Shown here in pieces: positions 23,876 through 37,025 of a DNA stretch of 64,000 nt (positions are counted from its first letter, which is position 1; every line of letters begins with the position of its first letter). A model generated the notes under the pieces. The model ran no database searches. It worked only from the letters and a program-made list of their open reading frames with translations, and was not told the origin of the DNA. A program made the position numbers and the translations under genes. The stretch is from an uncultured Alphaproteobacteria bacterium (GTDB taxonomy: Bacteria; Pseudomonadota; Alphaproteobacteria; Rhizobiales; Xanthobacteraceae). The DNA lies in NCBI GenBank assembly GCA_963781875.1, contig CAWAHP010000008.1, positions 37,907 to 101,906 on the forward strand, written 5' to 3'.

Positions 23876-25395
23876 ATGCAGATCGAGCCGTCGGAAAGCG
23901 CATTCGCGGAACGCTACGGCCGCGGACAGGCGCAGGTGGTGTGGACCACGCTGGTCGCCGATCTGGAGACGCCGGTCTCGGCTTTTCTGAAGCTCGGCGG
24001 CGGCAAGCCGATGAGCTTTCTTCTGGAGTTGGTGGAAGGCGGCGCGGTGCGCGGCCGCTATTCGATCATCGGCCTCGATCCCGATCTGATCTGGCGCGCC
24101 AACGGGGCACAGGCCGAGGTCAATCGCAGCGCGCGCGCCAAGCCCGACGCCTTCGTCGCCTGCGCCGAGCCGCCGCTCAAGGCGCTGCGCGAGCTGATCG
24201 CGGAAAGCCGTATCGCGTTGCCCGACAGCCTGCCGCCGATGGCGGCCGGCGTGTTCGGCTATCTCGGCTACGACATGGTGCGGCAGATGGAGGAGTTGCC
24301 GTCCGCCCAATCCGGATCCGATCGGCATTCCCGACGCCATCCTGGTGCGCCCGACCATCATCGTCGTGTTCGACGCGGTGAAGGATTCGATCACCGTGGT
24401 GACGCCGGTGCGCCCCGAGAAAGGCGTCGACGCCAAGACGGCGCTCGCGCGCGCGGTCGAGCGGCTGGCCGGCATCGTCGAGAGCCTCGACCGCCCGCTC
24501 GACAAATCATTGGCCGAATACGACGAAGGCCCGCTCGACGTGCCGCCGAAATCCAACACCACGCCGGACGAATACAAGGCAATGGTGCTCAAGGCCAAGG
24601 ACTACATCACGGCCGGCGATGCCTTCCAGATCGTGCTGGCGCAGCGCTTCGAGGCGCCGTTCACGCTGCCGCCGTTCTCGCTCTATCGCGCGCTGCGGCG
24701 GACCAATCCGTCGCCCTATCTCTACTTTCTCGACTTCGGCAGCTTCGCCGTCGCCGGCTCCAGCCCGGAAATTCTGGTGAAGGTTGCCGGCGACGCTGGT
24801 GACCATCCGCCCGATCGCCGGCACGCGTCCGCGTGGCGCTACGCCGCACGAGGACAAGGCGCTGGAAGAGGAACTGCTCGCCGATCCGAAGGAGCGCGCC
24901 GAGCATCTGATGCTGCTCGATCTCGGCCGCAACGATGTCGGCCGCGTCGCCAAGATCGGCACCGTCACCGTCACCGATCAATTCTTCGTCGAGCGCTACA
25001 GCCACGTGATGCACATCGTCTCCAACGTGGAGGGCAAGCTCGGCCCCAACCGCGACGCGCTCGATGCGCTCGCCGCCGGATTTCCCGCCGGCACCGTGTC
25101 GGGCGCGCCGAAGGTGCGCGCCATGCAGATCATCGACGAGCTGGAAAAGGAAAAGCGCGGTCTCTATGCCGGCTGCGTCGGTTATTTCTCCGCCGCCGGC
25201 GAGATGGACACCTGCATCGTGCTGCGCACCGCGCTGGTGAAGGACGGCAAAATGTATGTGCAGGCCGGCGCCGGCATCGTCGCCGACAGCAACCCCGAGC
25301 TCGAACAGCAGGAATGCGTCAACAAGGCGAAGGCCTTGTTCCGCGCCGCCGAGGAAGCCCGCCGCTTCGCCAGCGCCGCCAAACGCGGGCAGTAA
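23876..25395 (+). CDS. trpE: Anthranilate synthase component I (frameshifted)
   Basis: [77 protein letters not shown]. Confidence 0.95.
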
Positions 25396-25462
25396 CCAGC
25401 TTAATCCGGGCTGCTTGACCCCCCTTGAGGCCCGTCTTAAGACCTTGAGACGGCGGGCAAAC

Positions 25463-26116
25463 ATGATCGTTCTGATCGACAACTACGACAGCTTCACCTT
25501 CAACCTGTTCCATTACCTGGGCGGGCTGGGGGCGGATGTCGTCGTGCATCGCAACGACAAGATTTCGGTCGCCGACGTGATGGCGGCGGACCCGGAGGCG
25601 ATCGTGCTGTCGCCCGGCCCCTGCACGCCGAACGAGGCCGGCATCTGCCTCGATCTCATCGGCAAGGCCGCGCCCACCATTCCGATCCTCGGCGTCTGTC
25701 TCGGTCACCAGGCGATCGGGCAAGCGTTTGGCGGCAAGGTGGTGCGCGCGCAGCCTGCGCACGGCAAGGTGTTCGAGATCAAGCACACCGGCACCGGCGT
25801 GTTCCGCGGCATCAACGGGCCGTTCAAGGCGACGCGCTATCATTCGCTGGTGGTCGAGCGCGCAACCATGCCGCGCGAGCTTATCGTCAATGCCGAGACC
25901 GGCGACCATCTGGTGATGGGCTTGGCGCATGCGAGCCTGCCCGTGCACGGCGTGCAATTTCATCCCGAGAGCATCGCCTCCGAGCACGGCCATCTGATGC
26001 TGAAGAATTTCCTCGATCTTGCCGCCGCCTGGAACGCGCAACGCGGCCGCCGGCCGGCTGCCGCGGCGGCGCGCAAGGCGCCCGGGCAAAAGTCGCCCGC
26101 GCACGCCGCGAGTTGA
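25463..26116 (+). CDS. trpG: Anthranilate synthase component II (glutamine amidotransferase)
   Basis: [36 protein letters not shown]. Confidence 0.95.
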   Translation: MIVLIDNYDSFTFNLFHYLGGLGADVVVHRNDKISVADVMAADPEAIVLSPGPCTPNEAGICLDLIGKAAPTIPILGVCLGHQAIGQAFGGKVVRAQPAHGKVFEIKHTGTGVFRGINGPFKATRYHSLVVERATMPRELIVNAETGDHLVMGLAHASLPVHGVQFHPESIASEHGHLMLKNFLDLAAAWNAQRGRRPAAAAARKAPGQKSPAHAAS

Positions 26117-26127
26117 GGGGCGCAACC

Positions 26128-27154
26128 GTGGCCGACGATTTCAAAGCGCTCATCGCCAAGGTCGCGACCGGGGCGAGCCTGACGCGCGAGCAGGCCGCCT
26201 CCGCCTTCGACCGCATGATGTCGGGCGAAGCGACGCCCTCGCAGATGGGCGCGCTGTTGATGGGCTTGCGCGTGCGCGGCGAAACCGTCGACGAGATCAC
26301 CGGCGCGGTGACCACCATGCGCGCCAAGATGCTGGGCGTGAAAGCGCCGCCCGACGCGATCGATGTCGTCGGCACCGGCGGCGATGCGTCCGGCTCGTTC
26401 AACATCTCGACTTGCGCGGCGTTCATTGTCGCGGGCGCCGGCGTGCCGGTCGCCAAGCACGGCAATCGCGCGCTGTCGTCGAAATCCGGCGCCGCCGACG
26501 TGCTGGGTGCGCTCGGCGTCAAGATCGAACTTAGTGCCGGAGCAGGTCAGCCGCTGCATCAAGGAAGCCGGCATCGGCTTCATGTTCGCGCCCGCGCATC
26601 ATCCGGCGATGAAGAATGTCGGCCCCACCCGGGTCGAGCTCGGCACCCGCACCATCTTCAATCTGCTCGGGCCGCTGTCGAACCCGGCAAGCGTGAAGCG
26701 GCAGATGATCGGAACGTTTTCCAAGCAGTGGATCGAGCCGATGGCGCAGGTGCTCAAAAATCTCGGCTCGGAATGCGTCTGGGTCGTGCACGGCTCCGAT
26801 GGCCTCGATGAGATCACAACGTCCGGCCCGACCAGCGTGGCGGCGCTGGAGAACGGCAAGGTGCGCACGTTCGAGGTGACGCCGGAGGAGGCAGGCCTTG
26901 CGCGCGTGAAGCCCGAAGCGCTGCGCGGCGGCGATGCGGCTGAGAACGCCAAGGCGTTGCTCGACGTGCTCAAGGGCAAGAAGGGCCCGTTCCGCGATGT
27001 GTCCATCATCAACGCCGCCGCGGCCCTCGTCGTTGCCGGCAAGGCCAAGACTTTGAAGGAAGGTGCCGCGCTGGCCGCCAAATCGATCGACAGCGGCGAG
27101 GCCGAAGGCCGGCTCGACCGATTGATCGCGGTGTCCAACGCCGCGGAGGCGTGA
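26128..27154 (+). CDS. trpD: Anthranilate phosphoribosyltransferase (frameshift near 26530)
   Basis: [48 protein letters not shown]. Confidence 0.96.
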
Positions 27155-27969
27155 TGTCCGACATCCTCGCCAACATCGAAAAATACAAGCGCGAGGAGAT
27201 CGCGGCCGCCAAGCGTGCACGCCCGCTGGCCGAGCTCGAAAAGCAAGCCAAGGCTGCCTCGCCGCCGCGCGGCTTCGTCGCCGCGATCGAGCGCCGAATT
27301 GCCGGCGGCCATTATGCGTTGATCGCCGAGATCAAGAAGGCGAGCCCGTCGAAGGGACTGATCCGCGCCGATTTCGATCCGCCGTCCTTGGCGCGCGCTT
27401 ATGAGGCCGGCGGCGCCACATGCCTCTCCGTGCTCACCGACGCGCCATCGTTCCAGGGCAAGCCGGAATTCCTGGGCGCCGCGCGCAATGCCACCGCCCT
27501 GCCCGCCTTGCGCAAGGATTTCATCTACGAGCCCTATCAGGTGGTGGAATCGCGCGCGCTCGACGCCGATTGCATCCTGATCATCATGGCGGCGGTGGAC
27601 GATGCGGCGGCGAAAGCGATCGAGGATAAAGCCTTCGCTTACGGCATGGACGTGCTGCTGGAAGTCCACAACGATGAGGAGCTTGCGCGCGCGCTCAAGC
27701 TCAAATCGCGCCTGATCGGCATCAACAATCGCGACCTGCGCACGTTCAAGACAACGCTCGAGGTGAGCGAGCGGCTGGCGCCGAAAATTCCACGCGAGCG
27801 CATCGTCGTCGCCGAAAGCGGGCTCAATACGCCAGCCGACCTCGCCCGGCTTGCACGCATCGGCATTTCGACTTTCCTGGTCGGCGAAAGCCTGATGCGG
27901 CAAGCCGACGTCACCGCGGCCACCCGCGCTTTGCTCGCGCGCGCGCCGCGCAACGCAGCGGCGGAGTAA
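27154..27969 (+). CDS. trpC: Indole-3-glycerol phosphate synthase
   Basis: [41 protein letters not shown]. Confidence 0.96.
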   Translation: MSDILANIEKYKREEIAAAKRARPLAELEKQAKAASPPRGFVAAIERRIAGGHYALIAEIKKASPSKGLIRADFDPPSLARAYEAGGATCLSVLTDAPSFQGKPEFLGAARNATALPALRKDFIYEPYQVVESRALDADCILIIMAAVDDAAAKAIEDKAFAYGMDVLLEVHNDEELARALKLKSRLIGINNRDLRTFKTTLEVSERLAPKIPRERIVVAESGLNTPADLARLARIGISTFLVGESLMRQADVTAATRALLARAPRNAAAE

Positions 27970-27972
27970 GTC

Positions 27973-28545
27973 ATGGCGCGCGGCAGAAAAAACCTCGCGC
28001 GGCGCAAAAAACCCGCGGCCCGGCCGCGCCTTAAGAATAAGGCGAAGCGCGCGTCGCAGATTGCCGACGCCGAACTCACCCATATCGATCAGCGCGGGCA
28101 AGCGCGCATGGTCGATGTCTCCGCCAAGAACGCCACCGAACGGCTCGCGATAGCCGAAGGCCGCGTGATCATGCGCACCAACACGCTCGACATGGTGCTC
28201 AGAGGCAATGCCTTGAAAGGCGACGTGCTGGGCGCCGCGCGCCTTGCCGGCATCATGGCGGCCAAGCGCACCCATGGGCTGATCCCGCTCTGCCATCCGC
28301 TGCCGATCACCAAGGTCGAGGTCGAGATCAATCCCGAACACAGCCTGCCCGGCTTTCTGGTGCAAGCCACGGTCAAGGTGACCGGACAGACCGGCGTCGA
28401 GATGGAAGCGCTCACGGCCGTTTCGATCGCGTGCCTGACCATCTACGACATGGTCAAGGCGGTCGAACGCGGCATGCGCATCGAAGGCATTCGGCTGCTC
28501 GAGAAGCGCGGCGGCAAGTCCGGCGACTACTACACGGAGGATTAG
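27973..28545 (+). CDS. moaC: Cyclic pyranopterin monophosphate synthase
   Basis: [49 protein letters not shown]. Confidence 0.95.
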   Translation: MARGRKNLARRKKPAARPRLKNKAKRASQIADAELTHIDQRGQARMVDVSAKNATERLAIAEGRVIMRTNTLDMVLRGNALKGDVLGAARLAGIMAAKRTHGLIPLCHPLPITKVEVEINPEHSLPGFLVQATVKVTGQTGVEMEALTAVSIACLTIYDMVKAVERGMRIEGIRLLEKRGGKSGDYYTED

Positions 28546-28595
28546 CGCGCATGATCCCGAAAAGTGGAAACCGGTTTTCGGACAAGATCATGCGC
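28546..28595 (+). repeat. Palindromic repeat abutting the moaC stop codon
   Basis: TAG-CGCGCATGATCCCGAAAAGTGGAAACCGGTTTTCGGACAAGATCATGCGC. Confidence 0.85.
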
Positions 28596-28609
28596 AATGA
28601 GAATAACTC

Positions 28610-29818
28610 ATGGCGCTGATGCCGGTCACCGAAGCGTTGCAGCGCGTGCTCGCCGATGCAAACGCGCTGCCGGCGGAAACGGTGGCGCTCAACGACGCGC
28701 TCGGCTGCGTGCTTACCGAAGACGTCAAGGCGCTGCGCACCCAGCCGCCGGCCGCGGTTTCCGCCATGGACGGCTATGCCGTGCGCGCAGCCGACATTGG
28801 CACGGCGCCGGTCAAATTGAAACTGATCGGCGAAGTCGCCGCCGGCCATCCGTTCGAAGGCAAGGTCGGCGCAGGCCAGGCCGCGCGCATCTTCACCGGC
28901 GGCGTGATGCCGGAGGGCGCAGACACCGTGGTGATCCAGGAACTCACCGCACGCGACGGCGACACGGTCACCATCCAGAAACCGACCGTCAAAGGCCGCA
29001 ACGTGCGCGGCCAAGGCATCGACTTTTCGCAAGACCAGATCTTGCTCCGCAAAGGCCGCCGTCTGACCGACCGCGACTTGATGCTCGCTGCCGCCATGAA
29101 TTATCCGACACTCCGTGTGCACCGCCGGCCCAAGGTGGCGGTGCTCGGCACTGGCGATGAGCTGGTGGCGCCCGGCTGCACCCCCGGCCCGGGCGAGATC
29201 GTCTATTCCAACGGCTTCGCGCTGCTGGCTCTGGCGCGCAGCGAAGGGGCCGAGGTGATCGATCTCGGCATCGCCCGCGACCGGGTCGAGGACATCGCGG
29301 CGGCGGTGCGGCGCGCGCGCGCGCTCGGCGCCGACATTCTCGTGACCAGCGGCGGCGCCTCGGTCGGCGAGCATGACCTGGTGCAAAGGGCGTTGGCCGC
29401 CGAAGGGCTTGCGCTGTCGTTCTGGCGGGTGGCGCTGCGCCCCGGCCGGCCGATGATGCATGGCCGGCTCGGCGCCATGCAGGTGCTCGGCGTGCCGGGT
29501 AACCCGGTGTCGTCCTATGTCTGTGCCTTCCTGTTCCTGGTGCCGCTGATCCGGCGGCTTGCCGGCCGCGGGGATGTCGTGCGCATTCCGGAACCCGCCC
29601 GCCTCGGCCGCGATCTGCCGGCCAATGACGAGCGCACCGACTACCTGCGGGCGACGCTTGAGGCAGGCCCTGACGGCCTGGTGGCCACCCCGGTCCGCTC
29701 CCAGGACAGTTCCCTGATGGCCCCGTTGGCCAAGGCTGATTGTCTGGTGATTCGCGCGCCGAACGCGCCTGCGGCGCCGGCCGGTTCAGCCTGTGTCATC
29801 CTTAAGCTAGGCCTTTAG
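28610..29818 (+). CDS. moeA: Molybdopterin molybdotransferase MoeA
   Basis: SAMDGYA, RIFTG, TGDEL, SGGASVG, RPGRP, PGNPVS. Confidence 0.95.
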   Translation: MALMPVTEALQRVLADANALPAETVALNDALGCVLTEDVKALRTQPPAAVSAMDGYAVRAADIGTAPVKLKLIGEVAAGHPFEGKVGAGQAARIFTGGVMPEGADTVVIQELTARDGDTVTIQKPTVKGRNVRGQGIDFSQDQILLRKGRRLTDRDLMLAAAMNYPTLRVHRRPKVAVLGTGDELVAPGCTPGPGEIVYSNGFALLALARSEGAEVIDLGIARDRVEDIAAAVRRARALGADILVTSGGASVGEHDLVQRALAAEGLALSFWRVALRPGRPMMHGRLGAMQVLGVPGNPVSSYVCAFLFLVPLIRRLAGRGDVVRIPEPARLGRDLPANDERTDYLRATLEAGPDGLVATPVRSQDSSLMAPLAKADCLVIRAPNAPAAPAGSACVILKLGL

Positions 29819-29857
29819 CGGCCTTTCGACTTTTTCACTTCAAATTAAATGGTTGCG

Positions 29858-29898
29858 GAACACATATAGAACAGATAGTGTTCGTTCATGATTTGTTT
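29858..29898. promoter_or_regulatory. Alphaproteobacterial SOS boxes upstream of lexA
   Basis: GAAC-ACATATA-GAAC (29858-29872) and GTTC-ATGATTT-GTTT (29884-29898). Confidence 0.85.
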
Positions 29899-29943
29899 GT
29901 GGCCGGTTGCCCTTCTGGGCCTGGCTGCGACCGGGAGAGACAG

Positions 29944-30657
29944 ATGCTGACCCGCAAGCAATTCGAGCTCCTGCGCTTCATCCACGAGCGGCTGACCGAG
30001 GCCGGGGTGCCGCCCTCCTTCGACGAAATGAAGGACGCTCTCGACCTGCGCTCCAAGTCGGGCATCCACCGGCTGATCACCGCCCTGGAAGAGCGCGGCT
30101 TCATTCGCCGCCTGCCCAACCGGGCGCGCGCCATCGAAGTGATCAAGCTGCCCGACTCCGTCGCGCACGGCATCAGCGGCGGCCGCTCGCGCGGCTTCAA
30201 CCCCAGCGTGATCGAGGGCGACCTCGGCCGGGTGCGGGCGACTTCCGGCGCTTCCGAGGACGTAGACAGCACCCGCCCGATCGCGGTGCCGGTGATGGGC
30301 CGCATCGCCGCCGGCACGCCGATCGAGGCGATCCAGACCCGCAGCCACGTCATCAACATGCCGGCCGACCTGCTTTCCGCCGGCGAGCACTTCGCGCTGG
30401 AAGTGCGCGGCGACTGCATGATCGAGGCCGGCATCCTCGACGGCGATATCGCGCTGATCCGCCGCTCCGAGGCGGCAGAGACCGGCGACATCGTGGTGGC
30501 GCTGATCGACGACGAGGAGGCGACGCTCAAGCGCTTCCGCCGCCGCGGCGCCTCGATCGCGCTCGAGCCCGCCAATCCGTCCTACGAGGTGCGCATCCTG
30601 CCGCCCAACCGCGTGCGCATCCAGGGCAAGCTGGCGGGGCTGTTCCGGCGCTACTAA
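29944..30657 (+). CDS. lexA: SOS repressor LexA
   Basis: [32 protein letters not shown] cleavage site, EATLKR; the catalytic Ser position reads Cys (GDCM). Confidence 0.97.
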   Translation: MLTRKQFELLRFIHERLTEAGVPPSFDEMKDALDLRSKSGIHRLITALEERGFIRRLPNRARAIEVIKLPDSVAHGISGGRSRGFNPSVIEGDLGRVRATSGASEDVDSTRPIAVPVMGRIAAGTPIEAIQTRSHVINMPADLLSAGEHFALEVRGDCMIEAGILDGDIALIRRSEAAETGDIVVALIDDEEATLKRFRRRGASIALEPANPSYEVRILPPNRVRIQGKLAGLFRRY

Positions 30658-31037
30658 TTCCCTAGTCTCCGGCTTCCATATCTTCGGTGCGCGGCGACGG
30701 CGGCAAGCCCGAGCGCGACCGGAAAGCCGATCGGACGCTTTCGCGCCAGCACCGCGATCGCGATGCCGAGAATGGCCAGGCCTAAGGCCGCCCACGCGGC
30801 CGGTTCGCGGTCGGCGGTGAAATAGCCGGCGATGCCGAAACCGAACGCCACCGGCAGCCATGGCACCAGCCGCCCCGGGGCGACTTCGGCCAGCGCCCAT
30901 TGCGAGATCAGATGGCGCAACCAGCCGGCGCTATCGGCAATACCGGCCGGCAGCATGAGCCCGGCGCGCCGCCGTGCGGCGTCGATGTCAGCCGCCCAGA
31001 CTTTGGCTCGCGAGCGGGTATTGTCGTCTGGCGCCAT
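30654..31037 (-). pseudogene. comEC: ComEC/Rec2 competence gene remnant (N-terminal part plus extreme C-terminus)
   Basis: E..PGRLVPWLPVAFGFGIAGYFTADREP is typical of rhizobial ComEC N-termini; lexA-comEC-gltX synteny; only about 125 codons remain. Confidence 0.7.
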
Positions 31038-31138
31038 GGCGCGGCGCCCCCCGACGCTCACGCATGTTCGAAAGCGCCTATGCTACATAAACCGGGCGTT
31101 GTGGCTACGAGAACGGGTTGTGAACCTGACGCTGCCGA

Positions 31139-32852
31139 TTAGCCCGCCGCCTTTTCCTTGGCCACGTCCTTCGCAAACGTGTCACGCAGCCCGATGGTGC
31201 GGATGAACACCGGCTTGCCCGGCGTGGAATCGCGATCGACGCAGAAATAGCCTTGCCGTTCGAACTGCACCGGCTGCTCGGGCTTGGCGTCGGCCAGCGC
31301 CGGCTCAAGGCGGGCGTTGTTGAGAATTTCCATCGAATTCGGATTGAGATCGGCGGTGAAGTTTTCGCCGCCGCTTGGGTCGGGCTTCACGAACAGCGGA
31401 TTAAACAGCCGCACTTCGGCGGCCATGGAATGCGCGGCCGATACCCAATGGATGGTCGCCTTCACCTTGCGCCCATCCGGTGCATTGCCGCCTTTGGTCG
31501 CCGGATCGTAGGTGCAGCGCAACTCGGTCACCTCGCCCTTGGCATTCTTCACCGCCTCGCGGCAGGTGATGAAATAGGCGTAGCGCAGCCGCACCTCCAT
31601 GCCCGGCGACAGCCGGAAGAATTTTTTCGGCGGGTTCTCCATGAAGTCGTCTTGCTCGATATAAAGCTCGCGGGAGAATTTGATCTTGCGCGATCCCGCC
31701 GCCGGATCGTCGGGGTGATTGACTGCATCCAGGTCTTCCGATTTGGCCTTCGGGGTAATTCTCGATCGTGACTTTGAGCGGCTTGAGCACCGCCATGCGC
31801 CGCAGCGCGGTTTTGTTGAGCGCCTCGCGCACGGAAAATTCGAACATGCCGACATCCACCAGGCTATTGGCTTTGGCGACGCCGATGCGCTTGATGAAAT
31901 CGCGGATCGCCGCCGGCGGCACGCCGCGCCGGCGCAGTCCGGCGATCGTCGGCATGCGCGGATCGTCCCACCCGGTCACATGGTCGCCGCGCACCAGTTC
32001 GGTGAGCACGCGTTTGGACAGCACCGTGTAAGTCAGATTGAGCCGCGCGAATTCATATTGGTGCGGCTTCGACGGCACATTCAGATTGGCGATGAACCAG
32101 TCGTAGAGCGGCCGGTGATCCTCGAATTCGAGCGTGCAGATCGAATGGGTGATGCCCTCGATCGCGTCGGACTGGCCGTGCGCGAAGTCGTAGCTCGGAT
32201 AAATCTTCCATTGCGTGCCGGTGCGCGGGTGCGGCGCATTCAGAATGCGGTAGAGCACCGGGTCGCGCAGATTAATGTTGCCGGAGGCCATGTCGATCTT
32301 GGCGCGCAGCACGCGCGCGCCGTTAGGGAATTCTCCCGCCCGCATCCGGCGGAACAGGTCGAGGTTCTCCTCCGCCGCGCGGTCGCGGAACGGGCTGTTC
32401 TGGCCCGGCTCGGTGAGCGTGCCGCGTTTGGCGCGGATTTCGTCCTGGCTCTGGTCGTCCACATAGGCCTTGCTGGCGCGAATGAGGTCCTCGGCCCAGC
32501 CATAGAGCCGCTCGAAATAATCCGAGGCATGATAAAGGTGCTTGCCCCAATCGAAGCCGAGCCAACGCACGTCGCGCTCGATGGCGTCGATATATTCCTG
32601 CTCTTCCTTGGTCGGGTTGGTATCGTCGAAACGCAAATGACAGCGCCCGCCGAATTCCTCGGCGATGCCGAAATTCAGGCAGATCGACTTGGCATGGCCG
32701 ATATGGAGATAGCCGTTCGGCTCGGGCGGAAAGCGGGTGACCACCTGCTTGGTCCGTCCGGCGTCGAGATCGGCCTTGACGATGTCGCGGATGAAGTCGC
32801 GGCCGGGCTCTTCAGCCGCCGCAGCGCCGCTTGCCTGGTTGTCCTTCGCCAT
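31139..32852 (-). CDS. glnS: Glutamine--tRNA ligase (frameshift near 31745)
   Basis: [64 protein letters not shown]. Confidence 0.95.
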
Positions 32853-32981
32853 GCGTCCTCGATCAAAAGTCCAACCTGGTGACTCGGCCGTTGGCCCGCG
32901 CGGCCTATGCCATGACGTGCCGCTCGGCTCAATGTCAATTGCGCTCTCACTTGTCCCCGCAACTGTGGTACAGGCGCTGCG

Positions 32982-34415
32982 ATGAGCGAGCCCGTCATCA
33001 CCCGTTTTGCGCCGTCCCCCACCGGCTTTCTGCATATCGGCGGCGGGCGCACCGCTCTGTTCAACTGGCTCTATGCGCGCCGGCACGGCGGCAAGATGCT
33101 GCTGCGAATCGAGGATACCGACCGCGAGCGCTCCACCGCCGCGGCCATCGCCGCCATCATCGACGGGCTGACCTGGCTGGGGTTGTCCTGGGACGGCGAG
33201 ATCGTATTCCAGTTCGCGCGCGCGGCGCGCCATCGCCAGATCGCCGAGCAACTGCTCGCCGCCGGCAAGGCCTACCATTGTTACGCCAGCCAGGAGGAAC
33301 TCACCGCCATGCGCGAGGCCGCTCGCCGCGAGGGCCGCTCCAAGCTCTATGACGGACGCTGGCGCGACCGCGACCCCTCCGAGGCGCCACCCGGGGTCAA
33401 GCCGGTGATCCGCCTCAAGGCGCCCCAGACCGGCGAGACCGTGATCGAGGACCAGGTGCAGGGCCGCGTGGTCTGGCAGAATTCCGATCTCGACGACCTG
33501 GTGCTGCTGCGCTCGGACGGAACGCCGACCTATATGCTGGCGGTGGTGGTGGACGATCATGACATGGGCGTCACCCATATCATCCGCGGCGACGACCACC
33601 TCAACAACGGCGCCCGCCAGAAGCACATCTATGAGGCGCTGGGCTGGACCGTGCCGATCATGGCGCATATCCCGCTGATCCACGGGCCGGACGGCTCCAA
33701 GCTGTCCAAGCGCCACGGCGCGCTCGGGGTCGATGCCTACCGGGCCATGGGCTATCTGCCGGCGGCGATGCGCAACTATCTGGTCCGCCTCGGCTGGGCC
33801 ATGGCGACCAGGAGATTTTCACCACCGAGGAGATGGTCGCCGCCTTCGATCTGGCCCATATCGGACGCTCGCCGGCGCGCTTCGACTTCGCCAAGCTGGA
33901 AAGCCTCAACGGCCACTACATCCGGACCACCGACGACGCCGACCTGATCGCCGCCCTCGAACAGCTGCTGCCGCATATCGCCGGCGGCCAGGAACTCGCC
34001 AGCAAGATGACCCCGGCGCTGCGCGCCAAGCTGCTCACCGCCATGCCGGGCTTGAAGGAACGCGCCAAGACTTTGGTCGAGTTGTTCGATGCCTCGCGTT
34101 TCCTGTGGGCGAGCCGGCCGCTCGACATCGCCGAGGCAGGCCAAGGCCGTGCTCACCGACGAGGCGAAGGCCTTGATCGCCGCCCTGCTTCCGGAACTGG
34201 ACGCCGCCACCGACTGGACCGCCACCGCGATCGAGGCGGTGGTGCGCCCCTTTGCCGAGCGCTCCGGCCAGAAGCTCGGCGCCGTGGCGCAGCCGCTGCG
34301 GGCCGCGCTCACGGGCAGGACTACCTCGCCGCCGATCTTCGACGTGCTGGCCGTGCTCGGCCAGGACGAAAGCCTGGCGCGCCTGCGCGACCAGGCCGGC
34401 GGCGGCACGCCCTAG
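32982..34415 (+). CDS. gltX: Glutamate--tRNA ligase (frameshifted)
   Basis: [43 protein letters not shown]. Confidence 0.96.
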
Positions 34416-34608
34416 AGTTTTCTTCCCAGACAAAAAGCAAGAGCCATGCCTATATGGCAGGCAGCTGTGCGCCCTGCGCTATCTTGCAGCGCACACTTGG
34501 ATGGGCTACCCAAAATACGGCCGGAATCCCGCACGCCCGACCCGGCGTTACCCCTTTCCGGCCAACGGTTTCATACGTTCCGCTCGCTGCCAATTCGAGG
34601 GCTCGACC

Positions 34609-35921
<1,313 letters not shown>

Positions 35922-35932
35922 TTCAGCGCGGC

Positions 35933-36998
35933 CTAACCGCCCTTGCCGTTATTGCCGCCACCGTTGAGCTTCGGCGCCTTGGCGCCGTCGTAAGCCCAGG
36001 TCAGATAGACGCCGCCCCAGGTAAAGCCGCCGCCGAACGCGGCAAGCAGCATCCGGTCGCCGGTCCTGCAGCTTGCTTTCGTAGTCCCACAGGCACAGCG
36101 GAATCGTGGCCGTGGTGGTGTTGCCGTATTTGTGGATGGTGAGCATCACCTTGTCCATCGGCAGGCCCAGGCGTTCGGCCGTCGTCTCGATGATGCGCTT
36201 GTTGGCCTGGTGCGGCACCACCCAATCGATCATGTCGGCGCGCAGATTGTTGCGCGCCATGATCTCGCGCGTGACCTCGGACATGCCGGCGACCGCGAAT
36301 TTATAGACCGGCGCACCCTCCTGATAGACGTAGTGCAGCCGCTTGGCGACGGTTTCGGCGGTCGGCGGCATGCGGCTGCCGCCCGCCTTCTGATGCAGAT
36401 GCTTCATGCCGGAACCGTCGGAGCGCAGCACGCGCGTCCATGATGCCGTTGCCGTCGGTGCTCGGCTCGAGCAGCACCGCCGCGGCGCCGTCGCCGAACA
36501 GCACGCAGGTCGCGCGATCGGTGTAGTCGACGATCGCCGACATCTTGTCGGCGCCGACGACAACGATCTTGCTGTAGGTGCCGGTGGCGATGAACTGGCG
36601 CGCCACAGTCAGCGCATAGAGGAAGCCCGAACACGCCGCCTGCACATCGAAGCTGCCGATATTGCGAATGCCGACCATGTCGCAGATCAGATTGGCGGTG
36701 CACGGATGAACGAAATCCGGCGTCGTCGTCGCGCAGATCAGAAGATCGACGTCTTCCGGCTTGGTTCCGGTCTTGGTCAGCAAGGCCCGCGCACCGCCTC
36801 CGCCCCCATGTGCGAGGTGCCGAGCCCCTCGCCCTTGAGGATGTGCCGCTCCTTGATGCCGGTGCGCTCGGTGATCCAGGCGTCGCTGGTGTCGACCATG
36901 CGCGCCAGTTCTGCATTGGTGAGCAGGTCCGGCGGCACATAGCCATGGACGGCGGTAATGGCGGCGCGGGCGGGAATGGTCAAAGGCTTAGATTCCAA
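35933..36998 (-). CDS. fabH: Beta-ketoacyl-ACP synthase III (frameshifted)
   Basis: [17 protein letters not shown] (catalytic Cys), [25 protein letters not shown] across three frames. Confidence 0.92.
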
Positions 36999-37025
36999 GC
37001 TTTCTGGCGGCGGGCGGACGGCAAA

